From positions 3,849,838-3,913,837 of the forward strand of contig CAJINV010000002.1 in assembly GCA_905178155.1 (NCBI GenBank): a DNA stretch of 64,000 nt. The letters run 5' to 3'. Below are positions 1 to 12,289 of this stretch, in pieces (within the stretch, counting starts at the first letter, position 1; the number at the start of each line of letters is the position of its first letter). Below the pieces are notes generated by a model. That model made no database searches. It worked only from the letters and a program-made list of their open reading frames with translations, and had not been told where the DNA came from. The translations under genes were made by a program, and so were the position numbers. This DNA comes from Amoebophrya sp. A120 (lineage: Eukaryota > Protista > Dinoflagellata).

Positions 1-153
1 ACGGCGAGAGGGCATTTCTGATGCGGTATAAGCATCAGGAAGCCCTCACAAAATCTGTGATGCTAGGGCCTGCATCACAGACATCAGGAGTCATGCAAAA
101 TGTAAATGACAAACCTTGCATCCTTGCAGACCCAGCCATATTTGCATTTGATA
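1..153. mobile_element. Introner family A (TIR TATCAAATGCAAAAATGTCTGGGTCTGGAA), partial
   Basis: Right TIR ...cagacccagccatatttgcatttgata. Confidence 0.8.
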
Positions 154-3100
154 CACAACTACCACTACCACGACCACCACCACGACCCACCCGTTACTAC
201 CCCGGGGTTTTGATCTGCAGCTGAACATATCAAATGCAAAAGTGTCTGGGTCTGGAAGAATGCAACTTGTGTGTGATGCTGCATTTGGAAGTCTAAAAAA
301 TTTGTGTTGCATGAGCAGCAAAAGGAGAGGGCATCTGTCATGCGGAGTAGGCGGGAAGAATCCCTTTAAATAATTGTGATGCTAGAAGGGCATGCATCTG
401 AGACATCAGGGCTCATGCAAACCGTGCATGACAATTTCCAGACCCGGACATTTTTGCTTTTGATAGAACATTCCCACAGCTAATGTCGCCGATGCGCTCG
501 CGGATCCGGACTTGGCAAACGCAATGATAGGACAGTGCACAACTCCCCCTCCCCCTCATTGGGATGGTATCCGCAGCATTGCAAGTTCTGGCAGAAATGT
601 AGCTTTTGCATGACAGACAAATTTACGACTGATTGTAGTGCTGTTTCGGCTTCGGGAATCTGTCATGCATAGTAGTGGCACAAGGCAGAAGGTGGAGTTG
701 GTGTTTTGCATGAGAAATGAGAACGAGGGGGAGTTGTGCAGTGTCATAAACGAAGGCCGCGGTTGTGAAATTTTTGCAGACCACAGCGGGGTTGAGCGAC
801 CTCACTATGGAACAGGTGGAAGACTTAGAGATTAGGCCGAAGGAAGGGACGCAACCACCCAACGTAGAAGTGGAAGTGACTTTTCAGCTGCGGGTATTGT
901 GAGGAAAAGCGTCCCCAAGAACCCAGAGGAAAGATTTGGGGATTTTTTCGCTACACAAACCTAGAAGTTTTTGGAGTCAACACGCATGACAGTTTATTTG
1001 GCGTCGGAGTGTAAAAGCTGTGTTTCGTAAAAGTGCATCCACAATAAATTTCAAAACACCGCTAGAAAACGTTTCTTATGGGGCTGCGCATGAGAAACAC
1101 TTTGAGATTGCAGGTTCTTCGCGTGGCAAGTTCATGGGGTTTTCTGACGTTTTTCCTCAGGATAGCGGGTTGAGCCAGACCTGGTTGACCAGGTCAATGC
1201 AGTTTGGAATCCCGACGAACCGATGGCACAGGGTAGCGACGCACTGGCTGCGTTGGGGAGTGCGCTCAAAGAGAGCGTGAATGAGAACGACGAGCTAAAC
1301 ACAGACATGACGGTGCCGGAGACTGGGGGTGTGGAAACAGTCATTGTGACAACGACGACAATATCCAGTGGATAATGATGATGTCGTGCTCTTTGGGTCT
1401 GGAAAATAAATGAACTTGTGATGCAAGCCTGGGCAGGATGTCTGTGCGCACTGCAAGACGCAACCAAGCATGACAAGTTTCTCAGCTCCTATGTTTTATT
1501 CTTGCGTATAATTCCGCATCGCAGGAGTGGCAAACTGTGTTTTTTCCTGACAGGCATTCTTCGTGACCATATGCGTCTTCACAGCAAATGCAGGATCATG
1601 CCAGACAAGCAGGACAAAAGATCTAGCCTTTTTCCGGACCCAAAGATCAATATTTCCGAATCCATAGACCACCACGACGACCCTCGATCCAAACAGTTCC
1701 CCACCGCCCACGCAGCTCCGGGCCTTGCAATTTGGTCTCAACGCGGGGGAAACCAAGACAACCGAGGAAAGCCAGGCGCTGCTTGCCAGCGCGGATTTCC
1801 GGAATGCGATTGTGATCGGGTTGCGAACGTTTTTCGTGGAAAAAAATCCGGAATTGAGTGAGGATTTATCGCTGGAAGACTTTCACCCCGTGGACATCAG
1901 CTTGGCGAGTGGCGGTGGTGCTGCGTCTGCTCTGTCGTCGTTCATACAAATGAAGCAGAAAAAGACTGGTCTGTGGTCCAGCACGACAACACGGGGCAGT
2001 AGGCTTCTACAGGAGGAAAGAAGAAGTGGTTCAAAAAGAACTGCTTTTACACCATCACCTACACGGACTTCGCCCTCATCTCCTTCCCTACCTCACACAG
2101 CGGACGAGAGTCCTCACAACGAGACTACTTTCGCTAGTGTCAAGAAAAGCAGAAAACCGCGGAAACTTATCAGGGCTGATTACGAAGAGGGTGATCTTCA
2201 TGATTTGCAGCAGCAAGAGCAAAGAGTTCTTGTACGCAGCAGAAGTGAAGCCGAGTCTTCTTTTCTGGAGGAAGACCACAGCGAAATAAATGCAAAGGTG
2301 GCTTTGAAGAGGATGAAGAGCAGCTTGGCCGTGAATGTGCAGTTCGGCATAACGCCCAGCTCCGCTGATCTGGAACAGAAACTGAACAATATCAAAATGA
2401 AAAATCCCCCCTCCCCATAGTGAAAGCGCATCCATCTGAAAATTTGTGATGCAGATTTGTGACCACAAATCTTGGTACAAATCTTGTCTGTCTTGCAAGA
2501 AGGCAGGTCCAGGCTGCCCGGCACGTTAAGCGGGCGATTTGTAATGCTGTAAGGCCTACAGGGCAACCGTCTTCCATGCTAGGCGCCTACGCCAAAAGGC
2601 CCCTACCTAGGCTCACGATCTGCGTGCGGTGCTCTACTGCAACACAAATTTGCTTTGTGTACTGAAATACAGCATCACAAATTTCGTTTTCGATATGGGG
2701 TGGTGGCTTTTTTCACTTTGATAAACAATGTTTGGCCTTCAGTCCCGGCCGGGTCCATCCCCACGCCAGCGGACGAGAGCACGCTGGGCTCCGCGGCTGC
2801 CATGTCATATCAAATGCAAACATGTCTGGGACTCGAAAAACTTGCGATGCGGAGCTGCGAATAAGTTAAATCGGAACAGTTGTGCGGGCAGCCAAGCATG
2901 ACAAGTTTTATTTAAAGCGCTCCCCTAATATAATTGCTACTGCGCATGACAAATTGCGTTTCTGCCCGCGGCCTCGACGAGAAGCTGCTGCACTTTTGTC
3001 GGTTATGCAATACAAGCAATGTTGCCAGATAAGCATGACAAGCTCCGCTTTTGCTCTAGACCCACACGACAGATTTGCATAATGCATAGGTCGAGCCTGG

Positions 3101-5871
3101 TGACGACGTTGGGTCAAAGTGTCGCGACAGTCGATTACAGCATCACGCTATCCTGTGCAAAAGTATCGCACTCGTACTAATCGCGTTCATGCATTACAAA
3201 TTTCTTTCTCAAGTGAAATCTGCATTTACAAATTTCATTTTTCATCATACTGAGGAGATTTGTCATGCGATTCATACTAGTACGATGCTCTTGCATTTCA
3301 TACACGCTCACCTCCAATCCCACTAGCAACGATGAACAGGAAAAAATCGAGGAGGCACCGAGAGAGGAATCCGCTTACGACTCTATGCATTGCAAATATG
3401 TCTGGGTCTGAAAAGTTGGAACTTGTAATGCTGGCCCTACATTCCTGTGAAGTCTGTATTGCATGACCGACAAAAGTCGTAGTCTTATACAAAAACGCAG
3501 CTTCTCTTTCTGATGCGGAGTGCGTATGAGAAAGCGTTCTGCAAACTTGTCATGCTTTCCTGCATAAGAAAGTGTTTTCATCATGCACATTTTAGCATTA
3601 CAACTTTCCAGACCCAGAGATATTTGCATTTGATAGGCTCTGGAGATTCCCAAGATTTCACAAAGATGTTGCTCGTCGGCGCGGGCGGTTTGTTACTGTT
3701 ACTGCTGCTGGGCGGTTTGTTGCTGCAGCGTGGTGCAGCCCCCGCGGGCGGCGCCGGAGCATTGCCTTCTGCTTCCGGGAACAATCGGGGTGCTGCCGCC
3801 CGGCGGCAGCGGCCCGCTGCGCAGGCTCGCGGCTCTGGGTCCGCGTCATCGTCGTCATCGTCGTCGTCATCGTCGACGGATGGAGGCGAATATGGATTGA
3901 AAATATCGATCTGGGTCTGGAAGCAATCAAACTTGTGATGCGCATTTCAGAACACAGAAAAACCTCTCATGCATAGGTAGCAAAAGCTCAAGCTGCCCAC
4001 TTTCTGTCACCAAAGTGGGGGACTTGTCATGCGGATTCGGTATTGCGGAAGCTTCTCGAAAGAACCTGTGTTGCTAGAGCTTTCATGCCAGACCTTCTTG
4101 TGTCATGCAAAAACAGCATGACATAGACATTCTTCCAGACCCAGACATTTTTGCATTTTATAGCGAAGAGCCCGCTGAGAAAAAAGAAGGAGACGAGACC
4201 CCCGGTGAGACAAAAGAAGGAGACAAGACCCAAGAGGACAGCGAGGGGAAAGAACAGAAAAAAGATGTTGATGTTGACCCAAACACTGCGACTGTGAAGC
4301 CAACAGACGGGGCCGCGGTCGCGGAAAAGGATGCTACGAAGGCCAGTGCCACAAACGTCGGAGGGGATGGGCCACAGGAAGGAAGTGCAGCTGCCATAGG
4401 GAACAACCAAGACAGCGCGGCTATCACCGGGGGTTCCTCTGCGGCTCCCGTGAACGCCTCGGGCGTCGGCGCGGCCAATGTTTCCGGGGTCAATCTGTCT
4501 GCAGTGAATCTGTCCGGTGCCGCGAATGTTTCCGGCGTCAATTTGTCTGCAGTGAATCTGTCCGGCGCCAACAACGCTTCCACTGCGGCTAACGCGTTAT
4601 GCATGGCGAATGTGTCTGGGTGTCCTCGAAGCGTTCCAACTTGTGATGCACAATCTGGGTCACACAAAAATTTGTGTTGATGCGTGAGCGCCAAAAGCAG
4701 CCCATCTTTTGCTACGCAAGTACTTTAGCTTATTTCTCATGCGAGGCAGGCATCAAGAGGCCTGCGCAAAACCTGTAAGTAATGCTGTTGTGTGCATTAG
4801 AGACCACCCGTGTGATCTACAAAATGCATGACAAACGTTTGAATTCATCCAGACTCAGACAGCTTTTTAATGCATACCCGTCGGCGATTAACAACTCGGG
4901 TCTCAACGCCTCCGCCCTGCAGTCCGGAGTCAATAATTCGTCTGCGGTGATGAACAGTATGCAACACAAATTTTCTACACACAGAAGTACATTGTACTTA
5001 CAAAATGCATCACAAATTCTGGCAACGTGGAACAAGTGCAGCATCTGTAATGCTGACGAACCTACAAGACAAGCTTTCGCTTTTACAAGAACGCATTTAT
5101 TTGTAGTTGTACGCGTGGTCTTCTACGGTGGAAATTTACGGTGCATAAATTATTCTGGCGTCATCAACAACTCCTCTGCGATCGGAGGCAGTGCCTCGCC
5201 ACGCGGCTTCGGCGGGAATTTGTCCGGACTCGGTGGAGCTTCGGCACTTGGTGGAGCTTCGGCCTTCGGTGGGGCTTCCGCACTCGGTGGAGCTTCCGCA
5301 CTCGGCGGCGCGTCAGGACTCGGCGGGGCGTCAGCGCTGGGCGGCGCGTCGGCACTAGGCGGGGCGTCGGCGCTCGGTGGGGCATCTGGATTGGGTGGCA
5401 TGTCCGCGTTCGCCGGGAGTAAACCGCCCAGCGTATCGAAAGGAAAAATCCCCCCTCCCCGTGTCGAAAACGATTTTTCTCATGCTGTATTTCAGTATAC
5501 AAATCGACTTCTATTGCTAGAAGGCCAAGGGCCGCAGTTGTAGCCTCGCTTGCAGGCGATTTCTCATGCTGTTCCCACTTTTCAGCTGCCTCCTGTCATG
5601 CTGAAGAGGCAAGGCTTTCCCACGCCACCCAGCACTACACTCCGCATCTTTTCCCTTCTAGCATGACAAAGCTGATTCGTGACTACAAGTCTGCAGCACA
5701 GATTCCGGCTTTCGTATGGGGAACGCGGGTTTTTCTTCTTGATACAGCGCCGCGGGGAGTCGGGTACCCAGCAACGCGGGGAGTCGGGTACCTAGTGCCG
5801 CGGGGAGTCGGGTACCCAGCAACGCGGGGAGTCGGGTACCTAGTGCACAGCCGAGCCCGAGGGGCCAGTAG
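154..5871 (+). CDS. Thr/Pro-rich, low-complexity single-pass membrane (surface) protein, 5' end outside window; 12 complete introner introns plus 1 partial
   Basis: Removing each element plus one 5-bp repeat gives a continuous frame: TTTTTTTHPLLPRGFDLQLNIPTANVADALADPDLANAMKAAVVKF...TTTTTLDPNSSPPPTQLRALQFGLN...MLLVGAGGLLLLLLLGGLLLQR (TM)...GGASAL repeats...AGSRVPS repeats, stop TAG 5869-5871. Confidence 0.8.
228..465. mobile_element. Introner family A
   Basis: TIR; DR gaaca/gaaca. Confidence 0.9.
528..748. mobile_element. Introner family B (TIR TATGAGAGTGCACAACTCCCCCTC)
   Basis: TIR; DR aatga/aacga. Confidence 0.85.
895..1164. mobile_element. Introner family C (TIR TATCCTGAGTAAAAACGTCCCCACC)
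   Basis: TIR; DR gcggg/gcggg. Confidence 0.85.
1362..1666. mobile_element. Introner family A, divergent
   Basis: DR gacaa/gacca. Confidence 0.75.
2390..2723. mobile_element. Introner family D (TIR TATCAAAATGAAAAATCCCCCTCCCCATA)
   Basis: DR aacaa/aacaa. Confidence 0.9.
2808..3088. mobile_element. Introner family A, divergent
   Basis: DR tgtca/ggtcg. Confidence 0.75.
3149..3302. mobile_element. Introner family E (TIR TATNNNNTGCAAAAGTATCGTACTCGTA)
   Basis: DR cacgc/cacgc. Confidence 0.85.
3384..3635. mobile_element. Introner family A
   Basis: DR gactc/ggctc. Confidence 0.85.
3891..4162. mobile_element. Introner family A
   Basis: DR gcgaa/gcgaa. Confidence 0.9.
4471..4570 (+). repeat. Coding tandem repeat (48-bp unit, AANVSGVNLSAVNLSG x2)
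   Basis: Visible in sequence and in ORF 4105..4680. Confidence 0.8.
4598..4876. mobile_element. Introner family A, divergent
   Basis: DR cgcgt/cccgt. Confidence 0.8.
4958..5147. mobile_element. Degenerate introner (in frame, no stop)
   Basis: tatgcaacacaaatttt...aaatttacggtgcata; DR aacag/aatta. Confidence 0.6.
5221..5400 (+). repeat. Coding 18-bp tandem repeat (GGASAL/GGASGL, about 9-10 copies)
   Basis: ctcggtggagcttcggca-type units; ORF 4782..5543. Confidence 0.85.
5434..5744. mobile_element. Introner family D
   Basis: DR cagcg/cagcg. Confidence 0.9.
5749..5845 (+). repeat. Coding 24-bp tandem repeat (AGSRVPS[N/A] x4)
   Basis: gcggggagtcgggtaccyag repeated four times. Confidence 0.9.
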
Positions 5872-7679
5872 TGATCATCGGTATAATAGGCGTGTTTTTT
5901 TTTTCAAAGCGATCATAGTTAGATACCTTCGTAGACATCACCTGCAAAAAGCGAGATCAGACATCAAGACCGGTCGTCCCGGATCGACACCTGAATTTCA
6001 ATCGTAAGTATACTTTTTCAGTCAACTGAGTTATTTCAATCGTAGGTATAGTTAGTGGCAATGAAGGTTTTTTTATGAAAATCTTAATCAATCAGCAGTT
6101 TTTGCGAATTGCGAGCGATATGAGTTAATCCACGAGTTTTAGTAGAGCACGGCTCAGTTTATTTAGACAAAAACTTTTAGCAAGCACGAGATACGTAATA
6201 TGCGAAAAACAAAGCTCATGCTTGAGCGCATGAGAAGCAAAGGCTTCAATAGCAAGGCCTCCTCGCGATGCCGCACAGGAAGTTTTGCTGGCGTTTTTTT
6301 TTTGAAAGTATGCTCCATCTGGATGGAAGGCGATCCAAAGCGGCAGCCAAAGTCCATCGTGGTCGCAAGAGCTCAAAATCGAAGAATTTACTTTATTGAG
6401 TACAACAGATACAATTTGTTGTTTTTCACTTTTCACTATACGCTGTATACCTCCGAGACAAAGTTTCTAATTTTCGAGTCGTGGCAAAAAATAAGAACCA
6501 GGCAATGCAGTTTTCGAATCATTTCCAGCTTTCTTCATCAGATGTAAAATACTACAATAAGGACCACGGGAAATTGGCAGCCACACGGCCACGGCTGTGT
6601 CCTGTCCGGCGGCAGTTTTTCTATATTTCCGGTCGTTAGTAGAGATCTTCAAGAACGCGGCATGTTTCTCATGTACAATTCTATTCCCATGATTTTGATT
6701 ATTCCGATATTTGGTGATAAAGTGCGATGCTGAATACTCAAATAAGGATCTTATTAGAACTACGAGGGCGGCGCAGCGCGGTCGGCAAGGAATATAAAGT
6801 TGCTCGCGCAAGAGGGCCTTCTTGGCCGCCACAGGGGTTGAGTTTTTTAAAAATGAACAATGGTAGTATGGACTTTATTTCTAAGTACAAAATTACGCTA
6901 TTCCAACCAGTTTGTACAAGTAAAGTTGCGAGGAAGAAATAGATTAAAAAGGAACAGGAGATGAATTATGCCAGTGTCCTCCGCCGGGAAAAAAGCGGAG
7001 GGGCACGAGTTCTTGACCCATCATGTCCTTTGCTTTTCCGCATTGAATTTTTGATTCCTCGGCGAAAATTCGCGTCGTCGATAATTCGTTTCGCCGTGCT
7101 TCATGTTGTCGTGAACTTATTCACCTCGTTTTTCGTTCTTGTCCCTCGGTGAATCAAGCGATCGATCGATGATGTGAGCGACTACTTCGACGCTGTCGAT
7201 GGAGGTGAACAGAGAGTACTTCAATGGTTTGTGGCGGAGGTTGCGGAGCAAGGTTGGTGCATTTTTTGCAATGCTAAGTTCGTGACTCTCTTTCTTATTG
7301 TTTATTTGGTGCTGCTATCCCGTGTCGTTTCCATCGTCAAGGCGTTTCGGCCTCGTCGATCACATTAATGACCACGCCGGTACTCTTCACTAAAAGAACA
7401 TGTTGTCATCTGCTCATTTCTTTCCACTGTGACGCTTGCCAATCCCGCCAGCGCAATTGAGGAGAAAACGAAACAAAAAACGAAGGGAATAGAAAGAACT
7501 GTGACGGAAGTAGAACTTACGCCGATGTATAGTACCACCTCGAGTCGTCTGTTCTGCTGCTGTGAGTCTTGATAATAGCGGCCACTCATTCGTGCTGATT
7601 TTCGTGCGGAGATTGGGTCTACGTTGCGCAGAACATCAGTAATTTTTCCCCTACACAACTTTCCACCGCTTCGCCCATC

Positions 7680-10600
7680 ATGCCGGAAGTTCTGCGCCTG
7701 CCGGCGATGATCCCGTACTACTGCCATCGGCAGGCTCCGGATCCGATCACGGTGAATATCAAATGCAAATATGTCTGGGTCTGGAAGAACGCAACTTGTC
7801 ATGCTAATTCTGGATAGTGCAAAAATCTGTGTTGCATGATCACCAAAAGCTGTCCACTTTTGACCAAGCTGAGAGGTAGTTTCTCATGCAGACGAGGCAT
7901 GATAGAGGTCGGCGTCGGGGAGAATCTGTCATGCTGGGTCATGTATGACAGACCTCACGCGTCATGAAAAACCTGCATGACAAGTCTTCCAACATTCCAG
8001 ACCCAGACATATTTGCATTTGATAGCGAATCTGGAAACGCAGAGCTCCTCTTCTTCAAGCTCGAAGAAAAAGGAATCCTACGGGAGTCGAATAGGTACTT
8101 GAGCTACACCGTGTAGAAGTTCCTGAAATTTTTCTTTTTACGATGCGTAGTGCAAGGCCGCGGGAGCACAAATCGTTGTCATGACTCCAAGAACGAAGGG
8201 TGAATAAAGGAAAACAATAAAACTTAAACCACATCAAAACAGCGAAACAGCAGAAGTGCGCGTTTGACAACTTAGAGCAGGCCTACTGGTTTGGTGGCCG
8301 CGACGAGCGGTTCCGCACGAAGCGCCCCGAGCGGTTTGTCATGCTGCCGCAGCTGACCTTGGAGAATGTGAAGCTCTTTCTGGTGCACTACCACGGGTCG
8401 TTGCGCAACGCCTTTAACTATCAAAATGAAAAATCCCCCCTCCTCGTATCAAAATGGAAATTTGTGATGCTGATTTGTGGTCAAAAATCATTTTTGTCTT
8501 GCCTATAGGGCCAAAATGAGCTATGTGGGTCATTCCAAAGTCAATCTGTCATGCGCTTTCGGCTACTGCAAACCTGTTTACCATGGGTAATTGCTAGAAG
8601 CCTTCTGCATAGTACCCAAACAGGCTCCGACAATGCCGCCAAGCACTTTCTGCAAGAGAAATCAGATCTGTGTACGCAAATCCAGCATCAGCAACTTCGT
8701 TTTGATCATATGGGGAAGAGGGATTTTTCTTCACAATATTAACGCGATGGATTTCATTCGAAACGGGTCGATATCGCCGATGGAGTGGTCCGAATCCGTG
8801 TGGGGGATGATAAGGAGCAAGCGGGGGCATGACATGGACCAACACAATTTCAGTACACTGTTTTATTGTTGTAGTACCGATCTTCGGGCATCGGCATGCG
8901 CATGAGCATGACAGAGTCTGTTTCTCAACCCTGGTTCGCATGACAAATCGTATTACTATTATCCAAGAACTCACCTAATAAAACAAAAACTACCCAGCCG
9001 AGCTTCCCCGACGGCAGTACGATATCATGATGAACAAACTGTTCCGCCTTATCGACTTTGACGGCAGTGGCGAAATCTCGTTTGACGAATTCTCCATACG
9101 CAGTGCAAAAGTATCGTATGTAGTGAGGTCACCGAACGGTTCTAGCCAGGGAGTTTTTTTGACAGCTACCCTCAAAAACGGCCGGCAGTTTTCAAGCGGC
9201 CGGAAGCGTTTTTTGACATAAAACATTTTCAATTATCAAGTGAGCGGGGCTTTGCCATCAACCAAGCCCGGTCGAAAACTATCGATTCGCACTTGATAAA
9301 ACGACACAGGGGAGCCGGCAAAAGGGGCGCCCTTCTGAGGCGCCCACCGCCTTGGTTTCTGGCGATTTGGGGCGCCCAAAAAGGGGCGCGCAAAAAACGC
9401 GCCCAAAATCAGAACAGCGAAACAGCATGGCACGGCCGCGATTTCGGAGCATTTTGGGCCGCCGCTAAAGCGGCCGCCTTTTCGCCGGTTTTAGAGCCTG
9501 GGAAGCTTTTCAAAAAGCGCCGGCGTGAAAAATAAAAACGCGAAAAATAAAAAGCGCGCAAGACGCGCAAAGCCAATCCGCATGCTATCGGCCCGGTTTT
9601 TCTTCGCTTTTTGGGCGCCCCATGTGGCACCCGGATCGGCCCCATAGCATCGGGGCTGGCTTTCGGAAAGGAATTTTGGAAATGTGCCAAAATTTGCGAC
9701 GTTTCCCATGTGGCCGCCATACCGTGCGGCATAACGTTACTCGCGGTGGTATGGCGAGCCCATAAAAAGCAAAGCCGCGGCCAAGACTTCGGTCGGCAAA
9801 AAAACGCCCACGACCTCACTACCCCCGCCCCGGCGGCTATATTTGGTACTCGTAATATAAATGCATTACAAATTTCCTTAGCGTGAGAAATGCAAATGAA
9901 ATTTGTAATGCTGATTTACCTTAAGAGAAAGATGTGTAATGCATGATTGCAATACGAGTACCGTGCGATACTTTTGCACAGAATACTCCAATGCGCACGA
10001 CGAGGTGTTTCACAACCCGCACATGTTCACGAACCAGCGCGACAAGGAGATGGAGGAAGCACTGCACGCGACCACGTTAGCGGATGAGCTAGAGGAGCAG
10101 CGGCGCATATCCCACGAAAAAACTGTTTCACTGTGATGATTTTGCAAGATCTGCATCACAAGTTTGTTACACATGACACTGAAAATCTGTCATGCGCGCT
10201 TCCCGAGGGAAAACACGCTTGAAAATCCAATGTCTTGCAGGTGTAGCAAGACAAATACTTCTGTGTTCCATTTTCTGCATCACAAGTTCACAGTGAAACA
10301 GTTTTTTCTTGCGATAGCGCAAGGACCACATGCGCTCGGAAATGGGAAACACCCGGAGTAGCAAGACGGTGAGCAACGAGGAGTTATTACTTCGGGGGTT
10401 CTATCAAATGCAAAAATGTCTGGGTCTGGAACTTTGCTCGACTTGTCATGCAGGTTTTCCATGACCCATATGATCTGAAATGGAGGACCTAGCATGACAG
10501 ATTCCTTGAGATCACTATCATGCGTATCCTGCATGAGAAACTGCCTCTCAACTTGATCAAAAGTGGGCAGCATTTGGCAATCATGCAACACAGATTTTTG

Positions 10601-12289
10601 CGTGATTCAGAGTTAGCATGACAAGTTCCAACCTTCCAGACCGAGACATTTTTGCAGTGCATAGATTGTCGCAAGAAGAGATTGAGATCGACGAGGACGA
10701 GAAGAACCGCCGCGCCTTCACCGCAGTGTTACTGTCGAAATACGAGAATTACGCATTGCAAAAGTACTATGTATCGTAGTAGTATGAATTCTTGCATCAA
10801 AAAGTTAGAAGTTTCTTTTATCAGGAAAAGGTGGTCTGTCATGCAGGCACAGAAAAAAGTAGAGGATTTGTCATGCTGTATTGAAGGTGCAAAGTGCGGT
10901 CGTAGTACTTTTGCGCAGCATAAACACTTCGACGAGGCGTTCAAACAACTAGACGTGAACAATTCCGGTGGGTTGTCCCCCGTGGAGTTCCAGACCTATG
11001 CCTGTGCAAATATGTCTGGGTCTGGAAGAATCCAAACTTGTGGTCATGCTAAATCTGAAGCGTGCAAAACCTGTGCTGCGTGACGCGCAAAAGCTACTTC
11101 TACCCACTTCCTGCCACCAAAAAGGCGAATTTCTCATGCAGAATAGGCATTAAGAAGCTGCTACAAGAAACAGATTTGTGATGCTACCGGGTGCAGCATT
11201 CTTTCCAGACCATCTTCGCTGTCCACGAGATGCGTGACAAACTTTTGTCTCTACTTCCAGATATCCAGACATATTTGCACTGGATAGGACCGCCTGCCAG
11301 CGGATTCGGTTCGAGGGGGAGTGGCGGCCGATTTTTCAGCACTTAGACCAAGATAAAGACGGGGAGGTGTTGAAGTCCGACTTCACCATACTCGTGCGGC
11401 CACCGAAAAAGGCGATAGACGCGGCGCGAAAGGCCAGTGAAGACTTCCGGAACTATCGCAAGAAAAAAGGGTTTCACTGTAAACTTGTAATGCAGAAAGT
11501 GTATCTGAGAAGTGTTTCTCTTGCTACACATGCAAGACAATGGCTTTTTAGATGTGTTTTCCCTCAGGAATCTCGCATGGCAAATTTTCCCTGTAGTGTA
11601 GAACAAGCTTGTGATGCAAAATGACTATGCAAAATCCTTACAGTGAAACACTTTTTTCGTACGATAGGAACTATTCGAAATTTAACGCGGAAAAGGGAAC
11701 CATGAAGCCAGAATCGCTCCTGCCGAGACATGTACTATTTGCGTTTCCTATTCCAGTTTGAAAGAACAAGAAGCTGTTTCGTTAACCCCTAGCTAGGTTT
11801 TTAGTGCAGTGAGAGTTCTGATGCTGTCCTCGTTGTGAATCTAGAGTAAGACGAACAACAAACAGCGGCTCGTCATAACTTTTTGCTTCAGACAAATTTA
11901 TTTGTTTCTGTGGTCACTTACGCCTGCTGCGCATGACAAATGAAACAAAATCATTCTCGTCCTAGGTCTACTTCCGGCGGAACCTGCCCCACTTGGACAA
12001 GCAGTTGGGCACTTTCTCCCGCCTCCCCTGTCGCCGCATGGACACGGCGTTCCAACCCTCGGAGCTGCCCGGAACGGACACGATGAATTACTCGCCGGAT
12101 CTGGGTCCCGGGTCGTACATTCTCCCCTGGGATGAAGATTTTGAGTACGGGAAGGAAAAAAAATCGAAGGCCAAGCTCGTCGGCAGAGTTACGAAATCAG
12201 CGGGGAACAGCCCCAGTGACGATTCCGAGCCGGTGGGATCTAGTACAACCTCGAGCAGAGGGAGACCGCCATTCAACAAGTATTTCTGA
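7680..12289 (+). CDS. EF-hand calcium-binding protein (4 EF-hand-like loops); 8 introner introns and 3 GT-AG introns
   Basis: Spliced frame contains AFNAMDFIRNGSISPMEW, LFRLIDFDGSGEISFDEFS, AFKQLDVNNSGGLSPVEFQT, FQHLDQDKDGEVLKSDF; ATG 7680, TGA 12287-12289. Confidence 0.8.
7757..8024. mobile_element. Introner family A
   Basis: DR gtgaa/gcgaa. Confidence 0.9.
8095..8242 (+). other. Probable canonical GT-AG intron
   Basis: ag|gtactt...aaaacag|cg joins the frames and removes in-frame stops. Confidence 0.55.
8419..8738. mobile_element. Introner family D
   Basis: DR ttaac/ttaac. Confidence 0.9.
8853..8997 (+). other. Probable GT-AG intron with vestigial inverted repeat
   Basis: a|gtacactgttttatt...aataaaacaaaaactacccag|cc restores the frame (NFTELPRRQYDIMMNKLF). 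Confidence 0.6.
9097..9985. mobile_element. Introner family E expanded by nested insertion
   Basis: DR ctcca/ctcca. Confidence 0.85.
9120..9845. mobile_element. Nested non-autonomous element with asymmetric TIR and 3' hairpin (Helentron/Helitron2-like) inside a family-E introner
   Basis: GTAGTGAGGTC 9120-9130 / GACCTCACTAC 9812-9822, followed by CCGCC-cc-GGCGG; splits host TIR gtatcgta|ctcgta. Confidence 0.6.
10108..10316. mobile_element. Introner family F (TIR TATCNCANGAAAAAACTGTTTCACTGTGA)
   Basis: DR gcgca/gcgca. Confidence 0.9.
10402..10663. mobile_element. Introner family A (opposite orientation to 7757)
   Basis: DR ggttc/gattg. Confidence 0.85.
10750..10922. mobile_element. Introner family E, divergent
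   Basis: TIR gcaaaagtacta; DR agaat/aacac. Confidence 0.7.
10997..11286. mobile_element. Introner family A
   Basis: DR agacc/ggacc. Confidence 0.85.
11454..11666. mobile_element. Introner family F (opposite orientation to 10108)
   Basis: DR ggaac/ggaac. Confidence 0.9.
11732..11965 (+). other. Probable canonical GT-AG intron
   Basis: cat|gtacta...cgtcctag|gtc joins to the frame of ORF 11993..12289. Confidence 0.65.

Noticed and set aside
228-465. TA target-site duplication (Tc1/mariner or Paramecium TA-IES type)
   Set aside because: Both TA dinucleotides must be removed with the element; the duplicated sequence is the variable 5-mer outside them
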